Of a stretch of 64,000 bases of DNA, positions 39,336 through 47,327 are shown in pieces. The notes under the pieces are model-generated. The model did no database searches. It was not told the DNA's origin and saw only the letters and a list, made by a program, of their open reading frames with translations. The DNA comes from an uncultured Planctomycetales bacterium (lineage in GTDB: Bacteria > Omnitrophota > Gorgyraeia > Gygaellales > Profunditerraquicolaceae). Every line of letters starts with the position of its first letter. Within the stretch, counting starts at the first letter, position 1. A program made the translations under genes and the position numbers. Location: assembly GCA_964645795.1 (NCBI GenBank), contig CAZYCL010000001.1, positions 287,194 through 351,193 of the forward strand, given 5' to 3'.

Positions 39336-39779
39336 TTACTTCTTCTTAGCGCACTGCCCGCAGATGCCCTCTAAAACCACTTTCTTGTTTAAAATATTGA
39401 ACCTCGACTTTATCTCTTCGGGTATTTTGATATTATCGTAGTATTCGTTATAAAAATCCACTATCTTATGGCACCTGGCGCACCTGAAGTGGTGATGGGT
39501 TCTTGTGTTGGGGTCAAAACGCTTGGACCCTCCGTAGCCCTCCACTATATTGATCAGCCCTATATCGGAAAGCGAGATGACCGTCCTGTATACGGTATCG
39601 AATGATATATTGGGAAAGGCCGCTTTTATCCTTTTCAGTATCGCCTCAATAGAAGGATGGTCTTCTGCCTTCACCAGCTCCTTGTATATTTCGGTGCGCT
39701 GCGGCGTAAGCTTAAGCCCGCGGCTGCGGCAGGCCTGCCTGAAGCGTTCCATGGCCTCCTGAACATCTGTTTTATGCAT
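39336..39779 (-). CDS. Fur family transcriptional regulator (Fur/PerR/Zur)
   Basis: Winged-helix N-terminus, HHHFRCARC and CGQC metal sites. Confidence 0.85.
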   Translation of the reverse strand: MHKTDVQEAMERFRQACRSRGLKLTPQRTEIYKELVKAEDHPSIEAILKRIKAAFPNISFDTVYRTVISLSDIGLINIVEGYGGSKRFDPNTRTHHHFRCARCHKIVDFYNEYYDNIKIPEEIKSRFNILNKKVVLEGICGQCAKKK

Positions 39780-39782
39780 GTT

Positions 39783-39814
39783 ATTATTATGTAATAATTA
39801 TTCTTATCTGTCAA
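39783..39814 (-). promoter_or_regulatory. Promoter TTGACA-17-CATAAT, 6 nt before the fur ATG (leaderless), overlapped by the inverted repeat ATTATTA-TG-TAATAAT
   Basis: The minus strand reads TTGACAGATAAGAATAATTATTACATAATAATAACATG. The inverted repeat is at 39783-39798. Confidence 0.4.
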
Positions 39815-39868
39815 GGTTTTTTTTACCAAATCTCGGCCAACCGCCGCATCCCTTCGCCGGCAAAAGCA

Positions 39869-41038
39869 TTACCGGGCCGATATGGCAGGGCCGGCATCCC
39901 TAATCAGGTACTTATACATCCTGGCGGCTATCATCCTGCTTGCCTTCCTGCTGGGATGCAGGCCGTCAAGACTGTAGTCGTTTAGGTTCCTTATCTCAAG
40001 GACGACGTATTGCGCAATATTGCTCAGTGTCTCTACCGGGTCGAATAGATTAAAGCAAAAGATGGCTTTAAACCACCCTCTTCCAAGAAATGGCCTGCTC
40101 TTAAGCCAAAACCTGCTTTTTATCGCTTTATTGTATATATTTTCGTACTTCTGGGCATAAAGCTCTTCATGGAACGCCAGGTAGTCTATCCCCTGCTCTT
40201 TCAGGAACTCTTCCAGCCGGGGGTCTTCGTCGAACAGCATAAAGACCAGCCTGATGCGGCGTTCCCTGGCCAGCTTATTCATCTCTAAGATCGGGATCTC
40301 CAGCAATACCCTTCGGAACTTCTCCCTGCCTTCCAATGCCTCATAGATCTCCCAAACCCGGCAAGCACTCCGCAAGATTGATATCAACTGCCGGGCAGAC
40401 CTCGCTTCTTCGGCGGACAAAGCGTGTTCCTTGCCGCTCAATAACCCGTTGAGATAACCGATGTATATCTGCCTCAGGTTCGTGAAAGGGTCCTCGGTAG
40501 GAAGGAAATCGTTGGAACAGTAGCTGACCAGGACCACGTCTGGAGAGTAGCGGACGGCGTACTGTTCAAAATATACCCTTGTCTGATAAGCGCCATAGCC
40601 GACGACCCCGGCATTGATCACCTCAACCCCGGGCACCCTTTGCCGCAGGAGCTTATCCAGAACGCCCAGAAACGAATCTTGCGCGTTCAGCAGGCCGCCC
40701 TCCATGATGGAATCTCCGATACCCATAATGCGGTAAGTGCCTGCCGGCTTCTGCGGTAAAAACTCCCTGTAAGAGCGCAATCCCTGGCTGTTGGTCCGGC
40801 ATATGAGACGGCCGAATTCACGGTTGGAGAAATCGGGCTTATTCCTGTAGCCCAGCAAGGGGTCTTTGACCCAGTAAGCCGGGCGCGGTTCGCAGCAACC
40901 CCTACCTTCGATGTCAGCGCCAAGGAGGTGCTCGCAACCCCTAAGGAAGAACAAGGTGAGTGTAAGCGAAAACCAGGCCAGGCCGCAGCCAACAAAGATC
41001 CTTTTCAGGCATCTCGGAAGTTCAGGGGATATGCTCAT
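39869..41038 (-). CDS. Membrane-anchored SGNH/GDSL hydrolase-family protein (paralogue 1 of 4)
   Basis: GIGDSIMEG (GDS block I) and DGLHPS (block V DxxH). N-terminal TM. Confidence 0.6.
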   Translation of the reverse strand: MSISPELPRCLKRIFVGCGLAWFSLTLTLFFLRGCEHLLGADIEGRGCCEPRPAYWVKDPLLGYRNKPDFSNREFGRLICRTNSQGLRSYREFLPQKPAGTYRIMGIGDSIMEGGLLNAQDSFLGVLDKLLRQRVPGVEVINAGVVGYGAYQTRVYFEQYAVRYSPDVVLVSYCSNDFLPTEDPFTNLRQIYIGYLNGLLSGKEHALSAEEARSARQLISILRSACRVWEIYEALEGREKFRRVLLEIPILEMNKLARERRIRLVFMLFDEDPRLEEFLKEQGIDYLAFHEELYAQKYENIYNKAIKSRFWLKSRPFLGRGWFKAIFCFNLFDPVETLSNIAQYVVLEIRNLNDYSLDGLHPSRKASRMIAARMYKYLIRDAGPAISAR

Positions 41039-41092
41039 TCGGGTATCTGCGGGTCTGGAGCGGCCATCGAAGAAAAGACCGGCTTCTAGGGG

Positions 41093-42307
41093 CTATTTAT
41101 TATCGCGCATATATTTTTGCTTTGCTTCCAGGATGTTCAAAGTCTTTTCATCCATATATCCTGCGCAGTAAAGGGTATTGAATGTATGGTAGATGCGGTT
41201 ACTGCGCAGCATATGAGCCAACCCGTTAAATCCGTATTTGAGGAGGATATTTTCCAGATCGTTAAATGCAAATTTATCGGCCCTTGCCGCCAAATAGTCC
41301 TTCTCAAAGTACCGGCCGGGCCCCCAAGAGGTTACCTGAGGCTTGAACCTGTCCTTGCTCTGTTGAAAGGTATAGACTGAAGAAAATTTCGGAGGATAAA
41401 ATGACTCTGTTTTCTTCGCTGCATCATAGACTTCGCTTAAAAATCTGGTGTAAGCGTTCTGCTCGATGCCATCCAGCCTGGATCCTTCTTTTTCAAGGAT
41501 GTCCAGGCACATTAACCCGTATTCAAACTGGTTAAAGACCATCGAGATAAAAGCAAGCTTGGCAAGCATCTCAGGGCGCTTCTGGTTGCTGCCTATGCCC
41601 CTGTTTTTCCTGCCCTTTTTTATTTTCTTCAGAAAAAGGGCATCCGCGCTGCACTGAAAGCCTTCCGCGCGCAGCCCTATGGGCTTACGACAGGGAGAGT
41701 AGTCGTCGTGCATTGAAGTAAATTTGACAAAATAAAAATCTTTTGCCTGCATCAGCTTCATTATATCGCTGAATAGCTTCTGGTTCTTCCGCAGGGGAGA
41801 GAATGCCACTTCGGCGATGACGCCAAGTATACAGTCATCCAGAAGACGGGATGCGCCCTTTAATATCGGATATTCGTAGCCCTCCACGTCGAGGGACAAG
41901 AAATCCGGCGCGGGGACGCCGGTCTTGCCTTCTCGATAAAGCTGGTCAAGGGTGACCAGCTTTACGGGTATGGTCTCCATCGGCTTCATGATATCGGACA
42001 TTAAGCATTCGTAGCTTACGTAAAAGAGGGAAAAATCGGCAAACTCCTCGTTTAGAGGCAAAAGCGAGCTGTTGTAGGTGTCGTAGGTGATAAAAAACTT
42101 GGATGTAGAGGATTTTTCGCCGATGCAGTATGGTAAAACATGGGTGGTGGACTGAGGCTGCGAACTGTATGCCTGTTTTATCTGCTCGATACAGGCAGCA
42201 TCGGCATCGTAAATGACGTTGATAAGATCCGCCTCAAAGGCAGAAAGGCACGGAAACCCCTTTGAGCCGCCTCTGCCGCCGATGTGGTGCAAAGATAATT
42301 TTGACAT
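41093..42307 (-). CDS. FkbM family methyltransferase domain protein
   Basis: LSLDVEGYEYPILKGA matches the FkbM signature. 404 aa. Confidence 0.5.
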   Translation of the reverse strand: MSKLSLHHIGGRGGSKGFPCLSAFEADLINVIYDADAACIEQIKQAYSSQPQSTTHVLPYCIGEKSSTSKFFITYDTYNSSLLPLNEEFADFSLFYVSYECLMSDIMKPMETIPVKLVTLDQLYREGKTGVPAPDFLSLDVEGYEYPILKGASRLLDDCILGVIAEVAFSPLRKNQKLFSDIMKLMQAKDFYFVKFTSMHDDYSPCRKPIGLRAEGFQCSADALFLKKIKKGRKNRGIGSNQKRPEMLAKLAFISMVFNQFEYGLMCLDILEKEGSRLDGIEQNAYTRFLSEVYDAAKKTESFYPPKFSSVYTFQQSKDRFKPQVTSWGPGRYFEKDYLAARADKFAFNDLENILLKYGFNGLAHMLRSNRIYHTFNTLYCAGYMDEKTLNILEAKQKYMRDNK

Positions 42308-42382
42308 AAAATAATGATAACAAGAAATTAAACCCTAGGCAATGCTTATCTGGAGCTCATGGTTGTAAAAATTGCGCAATCC

Positions 42383-43219
42383 CTATTCAACCATGTAAAT
42401 ATTCTTTCCGCATCTGCATGCCTGGCATACTGCTTCCTTGAAAACCCCTTTTCGCAGGTCATTCCTCAGCTTCCTGTAATAAGGCTTGTTCCAGATATCT
42501 AGCAATCTTTCATTCTTTATATTGCCCAATTTAACGGTATTCAGATAATCCTCGCAGCAGAATATCACATCCCCATTACAATTGATGTAAATAAGGCTTA
42601 GGGGGAACATGCAGTTTTTGGGACGCCCCGCTTCGCCGTCCAACTTTATTAACCCGCCCCTGCTGCCGATATATTCCAGGCTGTTGTAAATTAACTGGAC
42701 GCCTTCATTGCCGTGCTCTTGCCGGTATTTTTTCAGCTCGGCGATTGTCGCCAATTCTTCCTTTTGATGCAGGGAAACGGCAAATGACCTAACCCCTGCC
42801 CTTACCAGCTTGTCATACCTTTCGATTGTCAGAAAATCACCGTTGGTAGCGATACTGATAACGCAGCCGGGCAGCTTTGCCCTGGCATATTCGATAAACC
42901 CCTCCAGGCGTTGGTCCAATAAAGGTTCGTTATAAAAATCAGGGTGGATCTGCCCTACCCACTTAAGCCCGGATAATTCGTCTATGACCTTGCGAAACAA
43001 ATCCGGCTCCATTTTATCTTTGCCGGTAACAAGCCTCCTGTCATATTTTGAGTTAGGGCAATACGGGCATTTTCTATTACAGGCAGAAGAGGTTTCGATG
43101 CCGATACTGGAAAATATGTTGAAAATGTCGTGCCTCAGGAAGGATAATTTAAATTTGATTGCCAGCGGCAAGCGTTGCTTGAGAAAATTGAATAAAGGGA
43201 AAACAAGATTATTCTTCAA
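42383..43219 (-). CDS. Radical SAM protein with a C-terminal Cys-rich (SPASM-like) region
   Basis: CNRKCPYC (CxxxCxxC) and C-terminal CNGDVIFCC...CQACRC. Confidence 0.65.
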   Translation of the reverse strand: MKNNLVFPLFNFLKQRLPLAIKFKLSFLRHDIFNIFSSIGIETSSACNRKCPYCPNSKYDRRLVTGKDKMEPDLFRKVIDELSGLKWVGQIHPDFYNEPLLDQRLEGFIEYARAKLPGCVISIATNGDFLTIERYDKLVRAGVRSFAVSLHQKEELATIAELKKYRQEHGNEGVQLIYNSLEYIGSRGGLIKLDGEAGRPKNCMFPLSLIYINCNGDVIFCCEDYLNTVKLGNIKNERLLDIWNKPYYRKLRNDLRKGVFKEAVCQACRCGKNIYMVE

Positions 43220-43371
43220 ATGTCGGCTCGTCAGGATTATGCGGCATCTGCAGCGCGTAATGATGGGGCTTTATGGCCCTATTATAGCAAAGACAATGGA
43301 AAGCGGCAACATCAGGATTGCCTGCCTTTCTACTCCCGCTCCTGCCTCCCTTTACCTGGCCTGCTTTTATC

Positions 43372-43399
43372 TTGACTGGTATGCCAATTAGTGTAAAAT
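43372..43399 (+). promoter_or_regulatory. Candidate promoter TTGACT-16-TAAAAT for the tRNA-Asn gene
   Basis: TTGACT at 43372-43377 and TGTAAAAT at 43392-43399, about 34 nt before tRNA position 1. Confidence 0.4.
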
Positions 43400-43432
43400 A
43401 TCTACACATATTGTTCTTTTAAATACCGGAAT

Positions 43433-43749
43433 TCCCCCTTAGCTCAGTCGGTAGAGCGAGTGGCTGTCAAATCCCGCCAGTGGCGGGATTTGTGCCTAAC
43501 GCAGAGGCGTTCGGCACAAGAGGCAGCTTCCTTGGGAAACCAGGGTTGAAACAGCGGGCTAATTCAGGGAAGTCCCGAGAGATCGGGATAATCCTGAGCT
43601 AAGTCTCCAGTTTAAGGAGTAAATGCGCAGAGACTATACACCCGCCTCCTAAAGCGAAAGCTACGGAGAAGAGATAGTCCACTTCCGGAAGTAATTCCGG
43701 GTCAAGTGTAACCACCAGGTCCGAGGTTCGAGTCCTCGAGGGGGAGCCA
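43433..43749 (+). tRNA. tRNA-Asn (anticodon GUU) interrupted by a group I intron. Exons are 43433-43467 and 43709-43749, including the encoded CCA.
   Basis: Joined exons give TCCCCCT-TA-GCTC-AGTCGGTA-GAGC-G-AGTGG-CTGTTAA-CCACC-AGGTC-CGAGG-TTCGAGT-CCTCG-AGGGGGA-G-CCA. The acceptor stem is 7 bp, U1-A72, G73, the canonical Asn anticodon loop CUGUUAA, a T-loop TTCGAGT, and an Asn-like D-loop. Confidence 0.7.
43468..43708 (+). other. Group I self-splicing intron (~241 nt) between anticodon positions 35 and 36 of tRNA-Asn
   Basis: R-like CAGAGACTATACA (43629-43641) and S-like AAGAGATAGTCC (43669-43680) form P7 (GACTAT/ATAGTC). There are three GNRA-capped hairpins (GAAA, GAAA, GTAA), a terminal omega-G (43708), and the 5' exon ends in U. 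It is too short to encode a homing endonuclease. Confidence 0.65.
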
Positions 43750-43757
43750 TCTTTAAC

Positions 43758-43788
43758 AAATGCCTTACTCATATGAGTAAGGCATTTT
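43758..43788. terminator. Perfect 30-bp palindrome AAATGCCTTACTCATATGAGTAAGGCATTT with flanking T/A runs, directly after the tRNA
   Basis: Read directly. It could act as a bidirectional terminator. Confidence 0.5.
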
Positions 43789-43944
43789 GCTTGCAGATGG
43801 TTTTTTTACGAATTTACGGCATGTTCATAAAACCGAACTTTTTGAAATAAGTTTTCGATAAATTTATTAACATCCTTTTTTTGTTCTTTAATAGTATAAT
43901 GAGCTTCGGGTCTTGATTTAATTTCGGAGGAGATAAAAATAGGC

Positions 43945-44415
43945 ATGAAGGAAGAAGGCCTTGGTAAAGCTCTTTTGAGCGTCTTGGTCGTGTCGGTTGT
44001 GGTGGTTGGTGTTATTGCTTTTATTTTCTATCGGGTGAGGCTGATTGGGCCTGTAATTGTTGTTTTGGGTTTTGTTCCGTTGATTCCTTTGAAGCTGTCT
44101 GGCAGGTCGGTTAAGTCAGCTGGTGCAGACATTATTTTTGGGGCTATCGATACAGGTCTCTTGGGAGTTGCTGCCCTTATTGGGGCGAGTTTTGCTGGAG
44201 TGCTCGGAGCTATTGTCGGTGGTGCTGTCGGGGATTCGATTACTGATGGGTTGGCTGGCTTGTTTGAGGGAAAGATTGCTGAGCGTTTGAGAAAGCTCGG
44301 GATTGATGAAGCACGGACTCCTCTCAGTTCTTCAATGGGGAAGATGAGCGGTTGTCTATTTGGGGTTGGAGTTGTTTTAACAATTGCTTGGAGTATAATC
44401 GGAATAAGTATGTAA
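43945..44415 (+). CDS. Gly/Ala-rich hypothetical membrane protein (AT-rich island)
   Basis: 156 aa, three or four hydrophobic helices, lower GC than the flanks. Confidence 0.4.
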   Translation: MKEEGLGKALLSVLVVSVVVVGVIAFIFYRVRLIGPVIVVLGFVPLIPLKLSGRSVKSAGADIIFGAIDTGLLGVAALIGASFAGVLGAIVGGAVGDSITDGLAGLFEGKIAERLRKLGIDEARTPLSSSMGKMSGCLFGVGVVLTIAWSIIGISM

Positions 44416-44520
44416 AAAAACGGTTATGAAAATATCGTTTGCCACCTACAGCCTTTTCTTACACTGCTTAGTCCTACAAATATCGTAATAGAAAAGTTCG
44501 GATTTTTGGGGGGACGTGGG

Positions 44521-44571
44521 GAGTTTGACTTCCTAACCCTCTGCGATATAATATATTGCAGAGGGTTTTTG
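44521..44571 (+). terminator. 51-nt repeat module ending in a terminator hairpin CCCTCTG-N-CAGAGGG plus TTTTTG (copy 1)
   Basis: A near-identical second copy lies at 46108-46158. Confidence 0.5.
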
Positions 44572-44609
44572 CTTTACAGTTATTCGTTAGGGACAAGTAT
44601 TAAATTAAT

Positions 44610-45617
44610 ATGGCTAAGATAAATAAGCTACTTAGAACGTTACCAGTGCTAATATATTGGATTTTTGCATTATTGGTACTTTTTGAAATAGGAGTTCGGT
44701 TTTGGGGTTATTCCCAACATTATATTTACGACCCAATCTATAAAGAATTTGACAAGAGTAAAGATTTGCCTTATATCCATAAGCCAAATCTTAAAAATGC
44801 TCGAGGGCGCGGATTGACTAATGTCAATACGGATGTTCTGGGTCTGCGTTCAAAAATGCCAGGTATTAAATATGGACCGAAGAAAGAGAATGATTATAGG
44901 ATCGTAATATTAGGCGATTCAGTGGCCTTCGGAGAAGGCGTAAAGATGGAGGAAGACACTTTTGCTCAGGTGCTTGAAGATATTCTTAACACAAAACAAC
45001 ATTCCTTTGTCGTTAAGGTATTCAACTATGGAGTTTCGGCGTACAGCATTAAGAATATGGTGGCAACCTTACAATATAGAGCGCTGGATGTAGAGCCGGA
45101 TTTGGTCCTTATGACGGTCATTCCTGACGACTTTCGGATTGACAGAACGGTTGTTGTAGACAAGTTCGGGTACACCTTTAATAAACGTTTATCCGGTTTC
45201 ATGAATAAGGATTCCGCTATAAAGCGTTTATTACGGGAAGTGCATTTAGTATATCTTCTTAGGGATATAAAGCATTTTTACATTGATCGGATCCGAAATA
45301 CAAAAGACATGGGCCCATCAGATTCCTTGGATGATTATGCTTATATTGTAAAATTTAAAGAGATCTCAACGCAGCATGGCTTGCTTTACGCGGTAGTGCT
45401 TTTACCAGATCTCGCTGAAGATTTTAAAAGTTTGTTAGCAAAATTAAATCAAGATGAAATAGTCTCTATCGACCTCTCGTTTCTTAAGAATGAATTTACT
45501 CCTCGTGAATTTATGGCGAGTAAGTTTGATAGACATCCTTCGGCAATTGTTCATAGAAGAATAGCCAGAATGCTTTCGGAATACATTATAAGCAATCAAT
45601 TGATACCCAAGAAATAG
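44610..45617 (+). CDS. Membrane-anchored SGNH/GDSL hydrolase-family protein (paralogue 2, AT-rich)
   Basis: LGDSVAFGEG (block I) and DRHPS (DxxH). N-terminal TM. Confidence 0.6.
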   Translation: MAKINKLLRTLPVLIYWIFALLVLFEIGVRFWGYSQHYIYDPIYKEFDKSKDLPYIHKPNLKNARGRGLTNVNTDVLGLRSKMPGIKYGPKKENDYRIVILGDSVAFGEGVKMEEDTFAQVLEDILNTKQHSFVVKVFNYGVSAYSIKNMVATLQYRALDVEPDLVLMTVIPDDFRIDRTVVVDKFGYTFNKRLSGFMNKDSAIKRLLREVHLVYLLRDIKHFYIDRIRNTKDMGPSDSLDDYAYIVKFKEISTQHGLLYAVVLLPDLAEDFKSLLAKLNQDEIVSIDLSFLKNEFTPREFMASKFDRHPSAIVHRRIARMLSEYIISNQLIPKK

Positions 45618-45766
45618 CCTCGGAATCTATCTTTAAAAAGGGATCGAAAGGGTTTCTGCATCGAGAAAAATTCGCGGGCATAGATTTGACCATTAGAAAA
45701 ATAAATTCTTAATGACTTAATTTTTTTATAAAACAAAGCCCAACACGACAAGTTTTAATTCCTACT

Positions 45767-45850
45767 CCCCCGTCATACACCAGTTGCAAAACTCGTCCAA
45801 GAGGCGGAGCCAAAATTAGCCCGGCACGAAAGTGCTGGGCTTTTTTATTT
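45767..45850 (+). repeat. Conserved ~60-nt 3' module (CTCCCCCGT..GTTGCAAAACTC..AGGC..AGCCA) followed by a hairpin terminator 45818-45850 (copy A)
   Basis: It aligns with 47240-47300. The terminator is AGCCCGGCAC-GAAA-GTGCTGGGCT plus T6. Confidence 0.45.
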
Positions 45851-46017
45851 TCGCGCCCTCTCGAGAAAAGGGGGATTTTAAGGGGAAAAGACCGTTTTCC
45901 CCTTAAGGTTGAAGTCTTTTGATTGCTAAGGAAGGGATGACACCCGCCACGCTTTTTGGCGGGGCCATAGGGGAAACCATTGGGTTTCCCCTATGGGGAG
46001 CGAGCGCAAGCGAACGA

Positions 46018-46038
46018 CAGGTCCGCAGGTTCGAGTCC
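46018..46038 (+). other. 21-nt near-copy of the tRNA-Asn variable-loop/T-arm segment (CAGGTCCGCAGGTTCGAGTCC), set in a hairpin-dense non-coding stretch
   Basis: It matches tRNA positions 43716-43735 with one inserted C. There is no acceptor-stem match. Confidence 0.4.
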
Positions 46039-46107
46039 CTAAGCGGCCAAGGCGCGAAGCTCCGAGGGAGCGCCGGAAATGCTCTGCATTTCCGGCGCCC
46101 CGAGGCG

Positions 46108-46158
46108 GAGTTTGATTTCCTAACCCTCTGTGATAGAATATATTGCAGAGGGTTTTTG
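46108..46158 (+). terminator. 51-nt repeat module with terminator hairpin (copy 2)
   Basis: GAGTTTGATTTCCTAACCCTCTGTGATAGAATATATTGCAGAGGGTTTTTG, about 92% identical to 44521-44571. Confidence 0.5.
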
Positions 46159-46200
46159 ATTGGATAAAGCGGTTATCCCGTTGGATGATTATTTAATCTA

Positions 46201-47160
46201 ATGATGTTACAAAATAAAAATAGGGCAGATAATTTAAGAAAGAAAATACTTTTGGTGCTGTTAGGGGTTGTTGCGGCGTTGATTCTTGTTGAATTGTTAT
46301 TGCGGATATGCGGTTTTGTCTACAAAAGCATCTATAGTCCGAAGCAAAAAAATTTAGGTAATTATACAATATTTTGCCTGGGCGAATCTACTACATGGGG
46401 AGTTGGAGCAAGGAATCCATCATTGCAGAGTTATCCGAGGCAGTTGGAAGGAAAATTAGCTGTCATGTATAAGAGTTTGGGTATAAAAGTCATTTATGAT
46501 CAAACAATAGGCCAGAATACTTCCGAAATTTCAAATAAACTGCCGTTTTATATTGAAAAATACCGCCCGCAAATAGTAATAATCATGTGCGGCGCTAATA
46601 ATTTCTGGAACTTAGATAAAAGTAACATATTGTTATTTAATAAGAATAAATATATTGCCGATACCGCATTGAATATTTTAATGTTTTTGGATAAATTCAG
46701 GATTTGGAAATTATATAAATGGCTGAGTTTGAATTCTGGTTTTTATAAACATAGATGGAATTATTATTATCCGTATAGTTACCCCTGGTATGTTTTGTTG
46801 AGAGAAATGGAGCGGGAATATAACGGGATGGGTATTTTTTATAAAATTGCGGACTACGATATAAGAGAAATGGTAAAAACCTGCAAACGAAACGGGATTA
46901 AGCTGATTATCTGTAATTATCCGGGCGGGGTAGGCGCGCCCCTTGATTCTTTACAAAAGAAGATTGCTACGGATTTTCAAGTTGTTTTCGTAGACAATAA
47001 GAAAATTTTTGGTGAACTTCCTAATGCCAAAGATTATTTTTCCACAGACAAGTGGCATCCTAATGAAGAGGGATATGGGATTTTGGCTGAAAATGTATAT
47101 GATGCTATAGTCAAAAACAAGCTGTTGCAAAAAAGCAACAATGGCAATACCCTCCCGTAG
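46201..47160 (+). CDS. SGNH hydrolase-like protein (paralogue 3; block I reads GES not GDS)
   Basis: FCLGESTTWGVG and DKWHPNEEG (DxxH). N-terminal TM. AT-rich. Confidence 0.5.
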   Translation: MMLQNKNRADNLRKKILLVLLGVVAALILVELLLRICGFVYKSIYSPKQKNLGNYTIFCLGESTTWGVGARNPSLQSYPRQLEGKLAVMYKSLGIKVIYDQTIGQNTSEISNKLPFYIEKYRPQIVIIMCGANNFWNLDKSNILLFNKNKYIADTALNILMFLDKFRIWKLYKWLSLNSGFYKHRWNYYYPYSYPWYVLLREMEREYNGMGIFYKIADYDIREMVKTCKRNGIKLIICNYPGGVGAPLDSLQKKIATDFQVVFVDNKKIFGELPNAKDYFSTDKWHPNEEGYGILAENVYDAIVKNKLLQKSNNGNTLP

Positions 47161-47239
47161 TTGATACCGAATACTTAGCTTTAATTTACTGAGCCGCTTA
47201 ATTTAATAAAGCCGGCTCTGGGTATGGTTTTTTCGCCTC

Positions 47240-47327
47240 CCCCCGTAATTAACCGGTTGCGAAACTCCTCCGATAAAGGCAGCCATACTTAGAATAGCCC
47301 TACTCATATGAGCAGGGCTATTTTTTT
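47240..47327 (+). repeat. Conserved 3' module (copy B) followed by the hairpin terminator AGCCCTACTCATATGAGCAGGGCT plus T7 (47294-47327)
   Basis: It aligns with 45767-45826. The hairpin centre CTCATATGAG is the same as in the palindrome at 43758. Confidence 0.45.

Noticed and set aside
43433-43749. Alternative reading of the interrupted tRNA as tRNA-Thr(UGU) (splice after position 33) or tRNA-Asp(GUC)
   Set aside because: U1-A72, G73 and the Asn-like D-loop favour Asn. The Asp reading leaves no stem partner, because CCACU is absent after CUGUCAA. The Thr reading needs G1-C72 and A73, which are absent. Both alternatives still respect omega-G, so experimental junction mapping is still needed.
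45919-46167. 82-aa ORF in the island
   Set aside because: It runs through four long perfect hairpins and the repeated terminator module. Its codon usage is unlike the neighbouring genes, so it is most likely non-coding structured DNA or RNA.
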